Origin: Marsupella aquatica
Lineage: Eukaryota > Plantae > Marchantiophyta
Assembly: GCA_973895155.1 (NCBI GenBank)
Contig: OZ316895.1
Span: forward strand, 14,442,225 to 14,506,224
Reading direction: 5' to 3'
Length of the DNA stretch: 64,000 bases
The position numbers and the translations under genes are program-made. This document shows positions 1 through 13,212 of the stretch, piece by piece. The notes beneath the pieces were generated by a model. It searched no databases. It was not told the DNA's origin and was given only the letters and a program-made list of their open reading frames with translations. Position 1 is the stretch's first letter. Each line of letters starts with the position of its first letter.

Positions 1-68
1 CTTTCATCACATCTGATAGTGGTTGTACCACGAAGAACAAAATTTCTCACAGCTTCAAGAGCGATATC

Positions 69-3000
69 CTATTGTGAAGCTTCCAGAGCCTTTATTTCTG
101 CCCTTAAATCTGCTTCTTGACCAAGTTTTTCACGTTGAGCAGTTGTCAATGATCCTGGGGCCTTTTCCTTCAGCTCCTCAAGCTGTCTGAGCCTTTTTTT
201 CAGGGCTCTCAGAGTCTTTGATACGTCAGGTCCACCTGATCCATCCTCAAAAGATTAGTCTCGGAGCAAAAATGCCATACATGATAAGGACCTTAAATAG
301 GAAATCCTAGCAGAGGCACCCAGTTCGATTTCGTGAAGCACGAGGAAAGTTGCAAATTTACACAAGAATAATGAAATGGGATTCTTTCAGCCAAAACATT
401 AGTTCAAGCGACACAGTCTAAATTATCTTGTTGCAGAAGGAAGTATGATAAGTCTTGGAAGAGTTCATTATACCCATCTGAAAACCAGTTTCTCAGCTAG
501 ACTCAGAAAATTACCAGAGGAGGGCCGATTGTCTATAGAAACTCCTGCCAATTGAGTATTCTGCAGCTCAAAAACACAGCTACCGGTCAGTAAAGCCGAA
601 ATACATTGACAAGCTACTCACTGACTCTACTTATTAACTGTTCGGGATATGCTTGCACGGCAGTACAAGCTGATGACGCAATGCAATGTACCATTTCCGA
701 AACGTCGGCAGGTTGTGATGACGAGTTGGCTGCCTCTGCGGGTCCCTCTTCTGATGCTGTTTTCTTGGCACGTCGCTTCTGGTTCTTCAAGGCACTTTTG
801 CTTAGCCCTCCCCTAAGCAATCCAAGATATCATCAGCACACTCAGGTCATTCCTTTTAGTTAACGTGGTGAGAAACCTGATTGAAAACTCTGTTCCAGAA
901 TCAAGAGTGCAGTTAAAACCTCTACAACCAAAGACACAGGTCTAAGAAAGAAGTCATACCCGGGTAAGTTAGTTTTCTCATCCTCCCCGAAGAGCTGTGA
1001 CACAGGAACAAAGTCAATTTTTGTTCTGACAGAGAAACAGGCTCAGAACGACACTTTAGACGATCACAGATGTATCCAAATCACGCGGCTTGGTGGTTTA
1101 CTAGCCGACGGTTTTGCACTCGGGTCTCGTAACTTGCAGATAGTTTTTAAAAACAACCGTCTCAGAAAAAGTTTGACAGCACCAAGGAAAGACAAACCTG
1201 GGCCTTGACCGCAGCTGCATTGCTTGCGTTTGGTGGACGATAGGCTGCTGGTTTAACTTCCGCCACTGGAAAATAGGTTGAGACGAACCACAGTAAGGCT
1301 CCACACCGAAGCCATTATGAGATAACAAGTCAAGATGCATACCCGTGAAAACACTCAGACAAGGTACACCAACAACTGGAAACAGAGCATAGATTTGTGC
1401 ATCGAATACCGGAACTGAAAACATACCAGGTTTTTTCTCCTGCTTCTTTGCAACTCTGGTGGTAGGGCTTGCAGGCCTGTCTGGAAACAGTTCGTTTGAG
1501 GCAGGCCGCCATTCAGCCTGCGTAAGAGTAAGATGGATCTCAGATTCCAAGTGTTGACATGAGTTGCAGGTGGAAGTACAATTAGCCCTTCCGCATTCCA
1601 GCTTGAATTTCTTATTTCTGGAGACACTTAAATTCTGTGCCCTAAATATTAAGGAGAGTCAAAGTTAACCTACATGAATTCGATAAAAATTTGAATACTA
1701 TTATAATGCAGTCAGACCAAAGCAGACCTGGTAAAGTTTATCGTATTTCTTCTCCTGAAGAAGAGTACCATCGTACTTGAAAAACTTGATTCTGTCAACC
1801 AGGGAGTACAGAGTCAGGTCTACTTGGGGACCTGGCTATATCAACATTGAAGGTCCCTATATCAACATTGAACAACAACTAAGCGAACATTGAGCATCTC
1901 TGACTAGAATTTAGGACACCTTTCGGTTAAGGGTCTGGCTAAGTATGAGAAGTTTTTTCACTAGTAAACAACAGCACTAATACTGCTAACACGCGGGCCA
2001 ACGCTAAACACAGATCTTGACTTGGTATTTGTATAAGTGAGTTAGCTTTTCTATATGACTTCTCCTATAATAAATGAGTAAAAGAGAAAGGAGAAAAAAG
2101 GCTTTGGATTGAGCGAAAGCATTATTTACCAGACCAATTCACGAAAAAGAAAATTACCCGTTATCAACTTGGAGTCGAGGAGCTGTTGTGGCTGTCATGA
2201 GTGTTCTTCCATCAGGTGACCATTCACTTGTTACCGAGAGTGCAGCTTTTGTGTGGCCCAATTGTTTCAATGTTTGCCTGTCCCAAAATGCCTGCCAGAA
2301 TATAGTTCTGAGAAAGTGACATATGGTCCTTCCCTTCTTTCAGTCATTTCACTTTACAAAGAACCCTGTTGCCGACCCTTAAGGCAGCTAGCTGATATGT
2401 TTGGTAAGGAGAAAGGACTTCTCTACTTAACTTCATGATTCATGATTACACAAGACTTGGACACATTGAAATAAACATCGGATCTTTTGATTAAAGGTCA
2501 TGGGCACTTTTAATAAACAAGACTGTGGAGAGGAGCGTCTCTGTATCCAATCTGATTCTGTCTCACAGAATACTGCATGTAGATCCGATTCTGATATGCG
2601 CGCCTGTTAACAGTCAAAAGAGAGCAGTGGCACAGTTTGAACACAGTTTTGAAACATTACCATATCGCCAGGAAGATTTCCAAATCCAGCGATACAAACG
2701 ACTGTCGAACCTACTGTTAAGATCAACAATTAACCAAGTTTCAATAGAAAATGCCACCAAAGAATAATTAGACTAGAGTTTCTTAGGCAATTAAACCTGT
2801 AATAAACCTAAAGCCAGCCAAGCTTACATTTCTGTTTGCGATTACAATTTTAAATCCATAATGAGAATTGTTATTTTAGAAAAGGATACAGTGGTCATGA
2901 GCACTCCATCGGACAGTGTTGTAAGGTCCAATCCCAAAATCGAACAGTGGCTTGCACTTGGCATCAAATAGCGTTGCCCGAGCTGGCATGACTGTGAGCT

Positions 3001-5577
3001 AGTCAAGGAATGTTTCGCTCTGAAGGCGTGCCATCATTACAAAGTCAACGGGATGCTAATGCTGAATCGCCCACTGCAGCTGAATAGAAATTTGGACAAC
3101 GACTGTTGCACAAACACTATCGTGCCTGAAAAATCAGAAGAGCACTCACAAGGATACAACCATACACGACAACAAAGTCTTTCCCGCTTGGAGACCACTG
3201 CACATCATGTATAGGACCTTCTTTATCTGCAAAACTCAACGAAACAAAACGAACGCACATCTTATTGAAACATATCCGTGCACATCACTTTGTCCAAATA
3301 CTTTACCAAATGAGTTAATTGTTGAAGAAACTAGCTTATGAAAAAGGTAGATCTCACACGCAAAATTCCCTGTTTCCTAGTAACAGTAAAATTGGAGTGA
3401 GCAATAAGACTAGAACGAGCACACGTACTTAATGGTACAGCTCCTTCGTGCATGCCATCGCTTGTTAGAAAGTGCAGCCTTGTCTCTCCATAGTAGCTTT
3501 GATTGGTCTTGTCGACATCCGAGTGAGCCAAAACCAGGAGTCCTGTCGAACCTTTGTTCCAGATAAGTTGTGCAGTATTGGACTTGTAGAAACTTCGACG
3601 TGCTGTCGGCTGACCCTGGCTTACTAGGCTACGCTCAAAAATCATTGCTTTGGCTGGTGCCCCCTGAACCAGATAATTGCAATGAATTCCACAAGGTTAT
3701 CTTCCTCATACCTCAATGGAATGCTGCAGTATAGCAATGTAGACATCAAACGTTTACGACCAAAGCAATCCACTTTGGAAAGACAAACATTAAAGATGCA
3801 AGCCCGCTAATAGTGCATTCTGACCAGCCTCTAAGCATTCGCGGGCGGGAAGTACTTCTGAAACTTTGAACTTTGAGAGATCTTCCAGTGGTTGTTACAA
3901 ATATCTCAAAAGTGGTGTGCCCCGCCCCTCCCCCTCCTCCTCCCCCCCCCCCCCCCATCCCCGGCCCGCGCCCCAACTCAACCCCCAACCCAATCCCTCC
4001 CTCTCTGCTGACAAGCTGCCCAATAACAGGCGACTGTGGGGCCCCTCAAGAATGCACTGACCAAACGACTACAGCCCAAGTTGTGGCCTTGGAGAAGGAG
4101 CTTATCAGTGGCCTGAGGGGCAATTCACTAATTCCTTCCAAAAAACAATCAGAGTGAACCTGAGGGACAATTCACTAATTCCTTCCACAAAATTACTAAC
4201 CTTTTTTTCAGGGACATAGGCAGCTAGATATTTGGGGGGAGCAGAAGCAAGTTGGACCCCTTCTATGTCAGGCAACCGCAATTTGTCGACTATGCCTTTC
4301 TTGAAGTCAGTCCCATCATACAGATGGACTTCGTTGGTCACCAGACGGCACGCCACTGCTTCATCTTCACTGAACTGTATGGCTGGCCTGGAAATGTAAT
4401 CACAGAATCTTAGCTGTGTGCTTCCTCTGCCTCTGGACTAGTTAGTGGGTCGGATAATTCTCAAGGTAAGCAAAATGTGAAAGAAACGATAAATTCAAGT
4501 GTCTATGTACAGCAACATTTAAGATGTCTGTAACGGGGAAAAAGGGCGAGCGTCCAGATGGGAAAACATTTTTCAAATTTGAAACAACTTTAGAAGGTTT
4601 CCGGAACGACTGACCAGTTGGCCTTGGAGGCCGTCTTTTGAAACAATTGAAAACACATTTCTCCAGTCGTAGAATTCCACAATGTAAGATTCTTCTGCTG
4701 TCCAATTGGCTTCTGGAAGGTTTGAAGATAAGTGCCGCGCGGAGTGAACGAGGTTGCAGTTGCACCTGAGATAGGTAAAGACAGAATTTCCTTCCCACTG
4801 CTGGCATCATATATCACCACCGCATCCGTTGTTGTCACTGCCAACTTGCTACCATCTGGGCTAAACCGTGCGGCTGTGCAGGAGACCCTTCATACACAAA
4901 TTTGACTTGCCATTTAGTACTTTCCTGGTGCACCCACGAGAACGCTGTACAATTTTAAGCAAGAAGAAGAATTTTAAGCAAGAAGAAGAATTTTAAGCAA
5001 GAAGAAGAATTTTAAGCAAGAAGAAGAGCTTCTTCACCAGAAGGCAAATATCACAAAAAGAGAAGAGCTCTACAGTCCACTGTGTAAATTCCCTAACAGA
5101 AGTATTTCAATGCACATCTTAGAAAGAGAGCAGCACTCAACTTATCAAGTTTTTTCTGAAACCCATCTTCAAAAGGAAGCCCAACCAGCAGTGACAATCC
5201 TTCTGCTCCCCTTACTGAGTACCAACATGAAATCCTCAATCAGTCAGTAGGCTCGAACATAAATGTGGAAGCGAAAATGGAGGACTGCCGTTGCATTGTT
5301 GGGTTCTACTGCATCAATCAGATCATTCACCCTATTCAACCAGCTTCAAAATGGCCTAATTCTCCATGTGCTCATATCCTCAGCAGAGTGCACGCTGTCT
5401 GTTGACGTAATGTATATATTCAAATTCTCCTCAGTTTGTTTTTATTGCTCTTGATTTAGTCCATAACGTTCACAACAGAAGCCGAAAAACAGGGATACTA
5501 GCACATTCCTTCAGCAGCAAAGACAGGATATGGAAATTACCGAATAAATTGAGAGGAGGAGGCGATGAAGCAGCCAT
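69..5577 (-). CDS. eIF2A: Eukaryotic translation initiation factor 2A (WD/beta-propeller), multi-exon
   Basis: Spliced exons read MAASSPPPLNLF-VRGAEGLSL...CTAARFSPDGSKLAV...FTPRGTYLQTFQKP...RRSFYKSNTAQLIWNKGSTGLLVLAHSDVDKTNQSYYGETRLHFL...VVVYGFMPARATLFD...IAGFGNLPGDM. The last exon ends LRAEIKALEASQ-TAG at 69-71. ATG at 5577. Confidence 0.95.
2702..2889 (-). other. U12-type (minor spliceosome) GT-AG intron in eIF2A
   Basis: Donor GTATCCTTT; branch-like TCTTAAC about 15 nt before the acceptor CAG; splicing restores the frame (HF-VCIAGFGNL). Confidence 0.85.
2992..3157 (-). other. U12-type GT-AG intron in eIF2A
   Basis: Donor GTATCCTT; branch TTCCTTGAC about 10 nt before the acceptor CAG; joins YGF-MPA in frame. 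Confidence 0.88.
4951..5026. repeat. 19-bp tandem repeat x4 (AATTTTAAGCAAGAAGAAG) in an eIF2A intron
   Basis: Four perfect consecutive copies. Confidence 0.95.
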
Positions 5578-5779
5578 CGCGAGCCGCCTCTGAGCTACTT
5601 TCTGCTTCAAGACCGAAATTGAGAAGGGCAGACGAGAAGACCGAAAAACCCCGTCACCAGAGTTTATGGGTATGTCTTTGTCCTACTGGAGTTCGACCCT
5701 CCTTTTAAATGGATGCCCCAGAAATGTGAATGTATCCCAACGGCCCTCAAACTGGGTTAGCTCCTCTCGTGGTACAGTG

Positions 5780-6982
5780 GGTCTATTTGGTAGGGTTTAG
5801 CGGAGGTTGTGGCGAGCGTCCGTTCACTTCATCTCCTCGTCCCCCTTTTAGCTCCTCTTCCCATGTACTGTACAAGACTAGAGCAAGGCCCTTGTGAAGC
5901 CTCTAGAGTCTAACTGCTTGAGTCACTAACTTTTGGGTGCGGGAATGGGGACAAATTATAAATGACTATGAATAATAAATAGTCTTTTTCTTACAGGTTT
6001 TTTTAGTAATTACCTTACATTTAAGCTGTGGGCATGCTAGTGGCTATTAATTTTGTATATGTGTGTCTAGGTGGGGAGCTTAACTCCCCTTGTGGTAGGT
6101 CTAGTTTGGTAGGGTTTAGCAGAGGTTCTGGTGCACGTCCCTTCAATTCATCTCCTCGTCCTCCTTTAGCTCCTCTTCTCATGTACAAGACTACAGCAAG
6201 ACCCTAGTGAGCCCACTATGACCTAGGTCTAGAGTGAAGCCTCTAGACTGTAACTCTATTTCAGTCACTAACTTTGGGGGTGTGGGAATGGGGACAAATT
6301 ATAAATGACTGTGAATAATAAATAATCTTTGTCTTGCAGATTTTGTTTTGTAATCTCCTTACATTTAAACTGCTTGTGGCTATTAATTTTGCATATGCGT
6401 GGTTACCTAGGGGTCTTAAACAGCCACTAGCCATATAAAAGAGTGAAGTGTCTCCCTTTTTCACTTTCCTCAGTTTCCTCTCATTCATTGCTTCCTCCCA
6501 CATTGCTCCACAAATTCAGGAAATGATATTATTTATGGTTTGTTGTCATGGCTAGCAACTCTATTTCGCTACCAACTCGAGGGGATTCATGATAACCTTA
6601 CATTTAAGCTGCTAGTGGCTATTAATTTTGTTATATGTGTGTTTACGTAGGGGGCTTAAACTGACACTAGCCACATAAAAGAGAGAAAGTGTCCAATCCT
6701 CCAATACTTCTCCCTTTCTCACTTTCCTCTCAATAGTCTCCTCTTTCCATATTGCACCTTCATTCCGTATTGCACCTTCAGGAACCCTTGCACAAATTCA
6801 GGCCAAGGATACTCTTTTATTGTTGTTGTCATGGCTAGTGGCGGCCTCTTGTGGCAGGTCTAGTTTGGGAGGGTTTAGCGGAGGTTCTGGCGGGCGTCCG
6901 TTCACTTCATCTCCTCGTCCTCCGTTCAGCTCCACTTCCCAAGTACTGTACAACAACCACTACTACTACTACAGCAAGACCC
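5780..6982. repeat. Degenerate triplicated modules in the eIF2A/HOS1 divergent intergenic region
   Basis: Module GGTCTAGTTTGGTAGGGTTTAGCGGAGGTT...CATCTCCTCGTCC...CAAGAC at ~5780, ~6098 and ~6857. Second module CCTTACATTTAAGCTG...GTGGCTATTAATTTTG at ~6013, ~6357 and ~6596. Confidence 0.85.
5791..5798 (-). promoter_or_regulatory. Telo-box (AAACCCTA) upstream of eIF2A
   Basis: TAGGGTTT on the + strand about 215 bp upstream of the ATG; telo-boxes are typical of plant translation-machinery promoters. A second copy is at 6109-6116. Confidence 0.55.
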
Positions 6983-7295
6983 TACTACTGTAGTGAGCCT
7001 GAGCATCGACCCGCAAGGGGCTCAAGCAAGGGTCTGAGCAAGGCGCAGGCGCTGGAATGCCGGATGGGAGCGAGGCACACAGTCAAGTGGTCAGTCATGC
7101 GCTTGTGCATCGAGAGAACATCGAGGGTCATCATGTAATTTACACTTCGGCACCCGGCATTGATTGGTTTCTCGCGCACCAACACTCTCCGCCAAAACAG
7201 CTCCCCCTCCCATTCAAACCTCTCGTCGTCGAGAGAACCGGAGATCGCCTTCGGCTCCTGCTTTTGTATCGTAAAGTACTCTTTCCTTCGTTTCT

Positions 7296-7358
7296 CCTTT
7301 CCTTTCCCTTCCCTTCCCTTCCCTTCCCTTCCCTTCCCTTCCCTTCCCTTCCCTCCTT
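7296..7358. repeat. (CCCTT)n microsatellite
   Basis: Run of CCCTT units, probably in the HOS1 5' leader. Confidence 0.9.
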
Positions 7359-8249
7359 CCAGTCTGGGAGTATTTTTCTCCGGCCCGGACGGGAGGAGGA
7401 GGACTTGCTGATGATCAAGCGAAGGCGTCGTCTCTCTTCACGGTGGTCCTAGAGGATCCTTCTTGCTTTGTTTTGCCTCGAAAAGGAATGTGGATGACCA
7501 TTTGCGGAGGGAGGGATTTGGATTTATGCGGTGAGGACTACTTTCACGGTACTGTGAAGGGCTTGCTTGCCCGTGGAGTTCCTTCTTTGGTATCTCGTGC
7601 AGCGAGGCATACTTTGGCGAGAACATCTTGCCCGTGACCTCGGGGAAAGGTATTGTGTTATAATCTCCGCCCGGTTTCTAGGCTCGGTTTCTTCAAGAAG
7701 GTTTTACTTTCTCGCGGACGGAGCCTCCAGGACTGAACTGTAGCTGGCAGGCAGGGTTTAGTGGAGACGAGAAGACGGGAAATGTCTACAGGAAGGAAGG
7801 CTCTACTGTACTGCAGATTGGCAGCACGAGTAGATTGATGCTGATGTTTTCGGCGGATTATACACGCTGGTGATTTCAGAGAGGAGCAACTGAGCAGCTG
7901 TTGATTTTTAGGAATGCTCAAGACTGGGCAGCCAAGGTGAGCAAAAGAAAGAGATGCGTTCTTCCGTTTTAATTTCCTGCTCGTTAGCGAGGATGAGAAT
8001 TGGAGGAATACACACTGTTGACTCAGAACTGGAGATAGGCAGGGAGCGATAGTAAACAGGAGAAGTCTACTTCCTATTTACAGTAGCTAGGTGGTGCCAC
8101 ATGAGTACGGTATTAGAGGGAAAGAGAAGTCCAGCGAAGGAGGACTTCCGTGCGAAGAGTGAACCATGGGCAAGCTGACAGGCATGTTGGAAGGCTGGAA
8201 TTCGTGACGCGGGCCAGTGAAAGAGTGTTCGTCATTTTCTGGTGGAGCG

Positions 8250-11200
8250 ATGGACCGGCGGAAACAGGTTTGTTGCCCCTGTACCATCCTTCCTTCACAT
8301 AAATATTTGAAAACTTCTGTTTAGTAACTTCATTAAGGAGTGATCTTCACCACTCAGCACTCCACGCAAAGCTTTGCTCGGGACCTCAAGAAAACGCAAA
8401 ACAAATAAGCCACCACAAGTGTGATAATTTCAGAATTTTTGGCTCGTGCTGATATTGAATGAGCTTGTCTCTAGGATGCATTGGAGCATTTGGTGACTGT
8501 AGAGCCGAGAGACCTATGCGTGGAAGCCAAAGTAGAGTACTGCCGTGCCACGCGGGACCTGCGGAGCTGTGGAAGGACCGTGCAACATCTTCTAGTTTCT
8601 TGCGGCCATGCATGCCTTTGTGCGGAGTGTAGCCAGCGCTGCGATGTTTGCCCCATTTGCCGGGTGCCAGTCACAAAACCTGAGTCTTCTGTTCGCCTAC
8701 GCCTCTACGACGAGCTTGTAGACGCAGGATTGCTTCCCCATGCTCCGGACGAGGATTTGAAGGAAAGGGAGAGAGATGGTCAATTTCTGACAGTGGATGT
8801 CCGTCGACTGTGCTCCTTCTTCGATGTTGCCCTCGAAAACAATCTAGTTTCTTTGGTGTGCCACTGTATCCTTTAACGCAATTTTAACTTGCCCTATTAA
8901 ACTTGGGAAGCGGTAGATTTACTAACATTTTGCCCGTTTGAATTCTCCCTTAGCGTTTTGTAGTGTACTCTCTCTGGTTCATCATTTCTCAGTCACTTGG
9001 AGCCTAAAGTTTCTCTTCTGCAGAAAGAAAATTCTTTTCCCAAAACTGAGACACTGCATTGCCTTCTGGCTCATTGGAGTACTGAGCCTGATGACGTGCT
9101 GAGTCTATCTAGATGAACTGCTATGTCTCTACCTTCCCTGTTTTTATTGAGGAGGAAAATTGCACTGAGTTGGAAGTCCGAGTAATTCTGCGTTGGGGCT
9201 TTGTGCGGAGAGGCAGTCCTACGTACACTATTGCCGCGTGCTTGCGCAAATTTTGTTTTAGGTCGCCTGGGAAGGAATGAGGGTAGACGCAACAATTGTT
9301 GGCTTCAGAATTCTCTTACCGGAAAGCTTTTGGGCGAGCTGTTTTTGGGTGCTTGTCTCATGCGCTCGTTCTAGTGGTACTTTCATGTATCTGATCTGAG
9401 TCCGGGAGGGAAAACCTTAACCTTCCGTATCAGATGTGTCAGAGGTTTGCATGGATGAAGGTGCTGTATCAAGTGATCCACTCATGTCCATGTTACTAGA
9501 TGGCGATGTGGTGAAGGATTGGTGCAAACGGACAACCATCAACATCGTACGAAGTCTGCGGGACATTTGTATCCTAATCACTCTGCAATAATATGCATTA
9601 GGAAAATGTTGGTTACATGTCAAGAAAGGATTGTTTCCATTTGTCATAATTCAACTCTCTCCGTCACGGGTCGATGCATACAGTTTTCACAGAGAAGATC
9701 AAGCAGGTTGAAAGAGCTGGACGATGTTATTGTTTGTCTCTTCATTTTGAGTCTCTTCCACGACCTATTTCAGCTCTTTGGCATGTTTCAGTTAGATCTG
9801 CAGTATAATAACGTCCACGCGGGGCCTGCATGACATCATTGAAACTTTTTCAGTTTGATCCATATCTCACATAAGTCTTGAGCACTCTGGCATGGCAATC
9901 AGTACGTTGTTCGCTCCTTCATTATCGCACTCCAGACAATCTAGGATTAAAGCAAATTCAAAATAAAGCAGATGTGATGCATAAGAGTTTAAGGAAGCTG
10001 GAGGGAGTCCAATACGTCCTGGAAGCCTTGGAAGCACCTGTCGTAGATCAACTTTCTACATCGTTGCTCGAAGTCCGAAATCTGCTAGAGGGTGTACGCA
10101 AAGTCTCACAGGTGTGCTACCTCTTAAATTTTTCGTGCAAGTTCTTGATGAGATTAGATCTGAGATTGTAAGTAAGCTAGCAGGTTTTTGCCTGAACCGT
10201 TTCGACAGTTTTTCAAAGCTCTTGTCGTATCTGTTTCGCTACTTGCTCTCAAGTTTTCGCAGATGTGATGTCAGTGTTGCACAGTACTACCTCAGTAGAA
10301 GGCTCAGATGACGTGCAGATTCCGTGTTGCACGAACTATATATGTCCCATATTAATGAGACATGGCCTTGCAGCATCTGGAGGTCATGGCCTGGTGTACG
10401 AGGCATCGGTTCCTTGAGAGTTTACCTTCAAGGTTTGTGAGCACTGGCCAGTGGAGAACTGCAGTGAAGGAGAGGAAGACAGCTGCTCACGATAGAGCGT
10501 GGTCTGAGTATCCAAGGAATGTGGGACAAATGGCACCAAGACCACTTGCTACTCTCTTCATTGAGGATGCATTAGCGAACTTGGGCATCGCTAGAGATGA
10601 AGAAGAAGACTCTGGAAAGGACTATCTTGAATTGAATCGACTAAAGAAGGATTATCGGCATAGGCGAGATAGTGGGGGAGGATATCCATCCTTGAACGGC
10701 ACCTCCAACGTCTATCCACCGGAAAATGTGCGTGCAACTGTGGATCTGCTCTTTCTGGAGGGGAGCTCCGAACTTATTCTTGCAAAGAAAGCGATCGTAT
10801 CCTTTTGATCGGAGAAATTGTACAGTACTGATGAGGCTTTCTTCCACGCTTACGCACATGCCAAGCCAGTTTTGTGAATGTTTGGATATCTTTGACTAAT
10901 ATGGGGAACAGTTGGTATCCTTAATATGTCTTCAGTTCTTGTATTATTTGTTTGATCGACACTGGACCCTTCATGATACAAGTTGGAGGAATCTTGTGGA
11001 TGACTATGTGGGTACATTCGGCATTGGGAGGCCATTTATGCTCGAATCTCTTATTTTCTATCTTTTGGATGATAACAGTGACCAGGCTCTCGAGGTATGA
11101 CTTGAATCGTGAAAGATTTTGTAGACTTCAGCATGGATGGACTGGTATTCTAATTGTGGGCCCTGGGATTCTCAGACAATTTATTTATGGATTTTTGACG

Positions 11201-12812
11201 CTAGGTTTTGTTGTTTTATCTCTTCTCGTTAAACTTTTGTACAAGTTTGAAAGTCATTGAGTCATTAAAGTATACGGCATCTGGCAAATTCCGAAATGCC
11301 ATTATTCTAGTAGAGATGTTAGGATTCAGTGGAATTGAACATGTCGGCGTCTGTGATTTTGACTTGAGCAGGAAGCATCCCGGTTACTGCCAGAAATAGT
11401 TAGCCCAAACATTCATCCGAAAATCCCACATGTGTTACTTGAACGAGGGATGCCGGATGTAGCTCTGTCAGTTTTACGGAGTAGTGGACGTGATTGGCAT
11501 GTTGGGAAAGGAGCCAAACACGGCCAAGCAGGTGAAATGCCCCTTTCAGAAGCAATCACGGCAGTCAGAGTACGCCTGGAATGTGGGCTCTTGACTGAAG
11601 CTTATCTATACCAAAGAGCTCACTGGTCGAGGGTCAAGGCTGACGACGCAAGACGGCGTGGTAGCAAGATCAGGAAACAGGATATAGAGGATTTGGAGGA
11701 GCTTAGAAATTGGTCACTTGAGTTGGAGACATTGGTTGGAGAGATCTGCTGGTTCAGCATCCGAAACAATATGTTGAGAGAGATGACAGGGTTGCCGTGG
11801 TTATCGGATGAAGAGAAAGTTGTCAAGAAGTACCTCCTTGACCAAGCTGTCCAAGATCCATCTTCCAGTGCTGGAAATTTCTTGGTTACGTTTTATCTCG
11901 AGGTTATTTTCAGGACCAGCGCCTTTGTAATCTTACTGAAGGAAGATTTCTTGAAACGAGGACAGCGTTAGGCAGACGATCGATTCCGTGCTTCATTTTG
12001 TATACTAGAGTGGATTTGCTGGAATTCTTGTTTATTTATCATTAGATCACTTTGAAATCACTTTCGAATCTCAACCATATTGACTGCTTGCAGAGATGCC
12101 GGTATGTGGAAGCATACTTGGTGCACAAGAGGTTGTGTGATCTGGAGCAGCAATACATAGGATGTAGCAGAGACGAAGGAAAGCGTGTCCGATGTCAAAC
12201 AGCATGTGCCCATCGAACCAGGATCACGGTGAGTCCTGTTAGGATGTTAGGATGTTAGGATTGCCAATGATTAGGATGTTAGGATCACGGTGATTGCCAA
12301 TGATTCTAGGTCGTATTTAGCTGCTTCTCTACTGGCTGAAGAAAGATAGGTCTAGGTTGTTGGGGTCACTAGCTTGTCTTGTTTAGAGGTGCCTTTGGTT
12401 TATGAGGACGGGCTGCAATTCACCTGAAGAATGTTCGGAAGTGGATACTTAACTATGGGGGACTGCTTGTATGTAAGTACAGGAAGCATGCGTTGATCTC
12501 CTGCCACAAATTCAACAGCAGCAGTTGAGGAGTGGTGGCTATTCCGACCCAGCTTTTACCGAGAACAAAGTGACATCCTCTGCTGACCAGATGGAGGTTG
12601 ATAAAGTTGATTATTTAGGTTCACCTGCACATGTTGCCAACAATGTCATGGCATCTCCCCTACTTCAGGCCTCTTCTTATAAGCAGTTTGCTCGCACTTC
12701 TCACAACCGGCAAGAGGGCCTTCCTTCTACGTCTGGCTGGGGTGATTATCTCCCACCTTCCATCCTGCACGGAAGAGGAGTGTTTAGATCTTCGACTCCT
12801 GTGACTCCCTGA
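8250..12812 (+). CDS. HOS1: E3 ubiquitin ligase HOS1 (RING-like + ELYS-like domain), probably C-terminally truncated
   Basis: Exons 8250-8267 (MDRRKQ), 8475-8865 (DALEHL...CRATRDLRSCG...CGHACLCAECSQRCDVCPICR), 9434-9568, 9936-10111, 10374-10796, 10936-11094 (FLYYLFDRHWT), 11372-~11902 (VRVRLECGLLTEAYLYQR), ~12094-12228, 12483-12812 (TGA). Confidence 0.92.
8866..9433 (+). other. U12-type intron in HOS1
   Basis: Donor GTATCCTTT; branch ACCTTAAC 12 nt before the acceptor. Confidence 0.9.
9569..9935 (+). other. U12-type intron in HOS1 (variant signals)
   Basis: Donor GTATCCTAA; branch-like TCCTTCAT near the acceptor; frame restored (DIY-NLGLKQ). Confidence 0.7.
10797..10935 (+). other. U12-type intron in HOS1
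   Basis: Donor GTATCCTTT; branch TCCTTAAT 10 nt before the acceptor; joins KKAI-FLYY. Confidence 0.9.
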
Positions 12813-13212
12813 CGTGTCAGGTTCTTCGTCCACTGGAAGTGCTTACCAGCTCTTGGCTTCCCCAGAGCAAATTGTATGTCATATATAGTCTCCTCACTGA
12901 GCCAGCAGCACCCCAGTTGTTTCTTGGGGATGGTGCTACTCTGTGTCACAATTTCATGTCTGCAGTTTTCCACAGCTCTGAAATGCCACCTTAGAAGCAG
13001 ATTATCAGGGAGCTTGTAGTATTCAGTTTTGTGGGGCTTAAGGCCAATGAATTTGGCACAGGTGTAAAGTAAACTTAGGGACTTCAGGGATACCCCACCC
13101 CAAGGGGCCAGTTTTGATAGATGAGGGACCTGATGGGCCATGGAGACACGACAAACGAGGGGGCAGAGTGAGTCAATGGTCTCAACAAATTAATTTGATG
13201 CAAATGTTTTGA

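Noticed and set aside
3746-4157. Poly-Pro / poly-Gly ORFs
   Set aside because: They arise from an intronic C-rich tract in eIF2A.
7057-7452. ORFs with FPSLP / GREGK repeats
   Set aside because: Translation of the (CCCTT)n microsatellite in a probable 5' leader.
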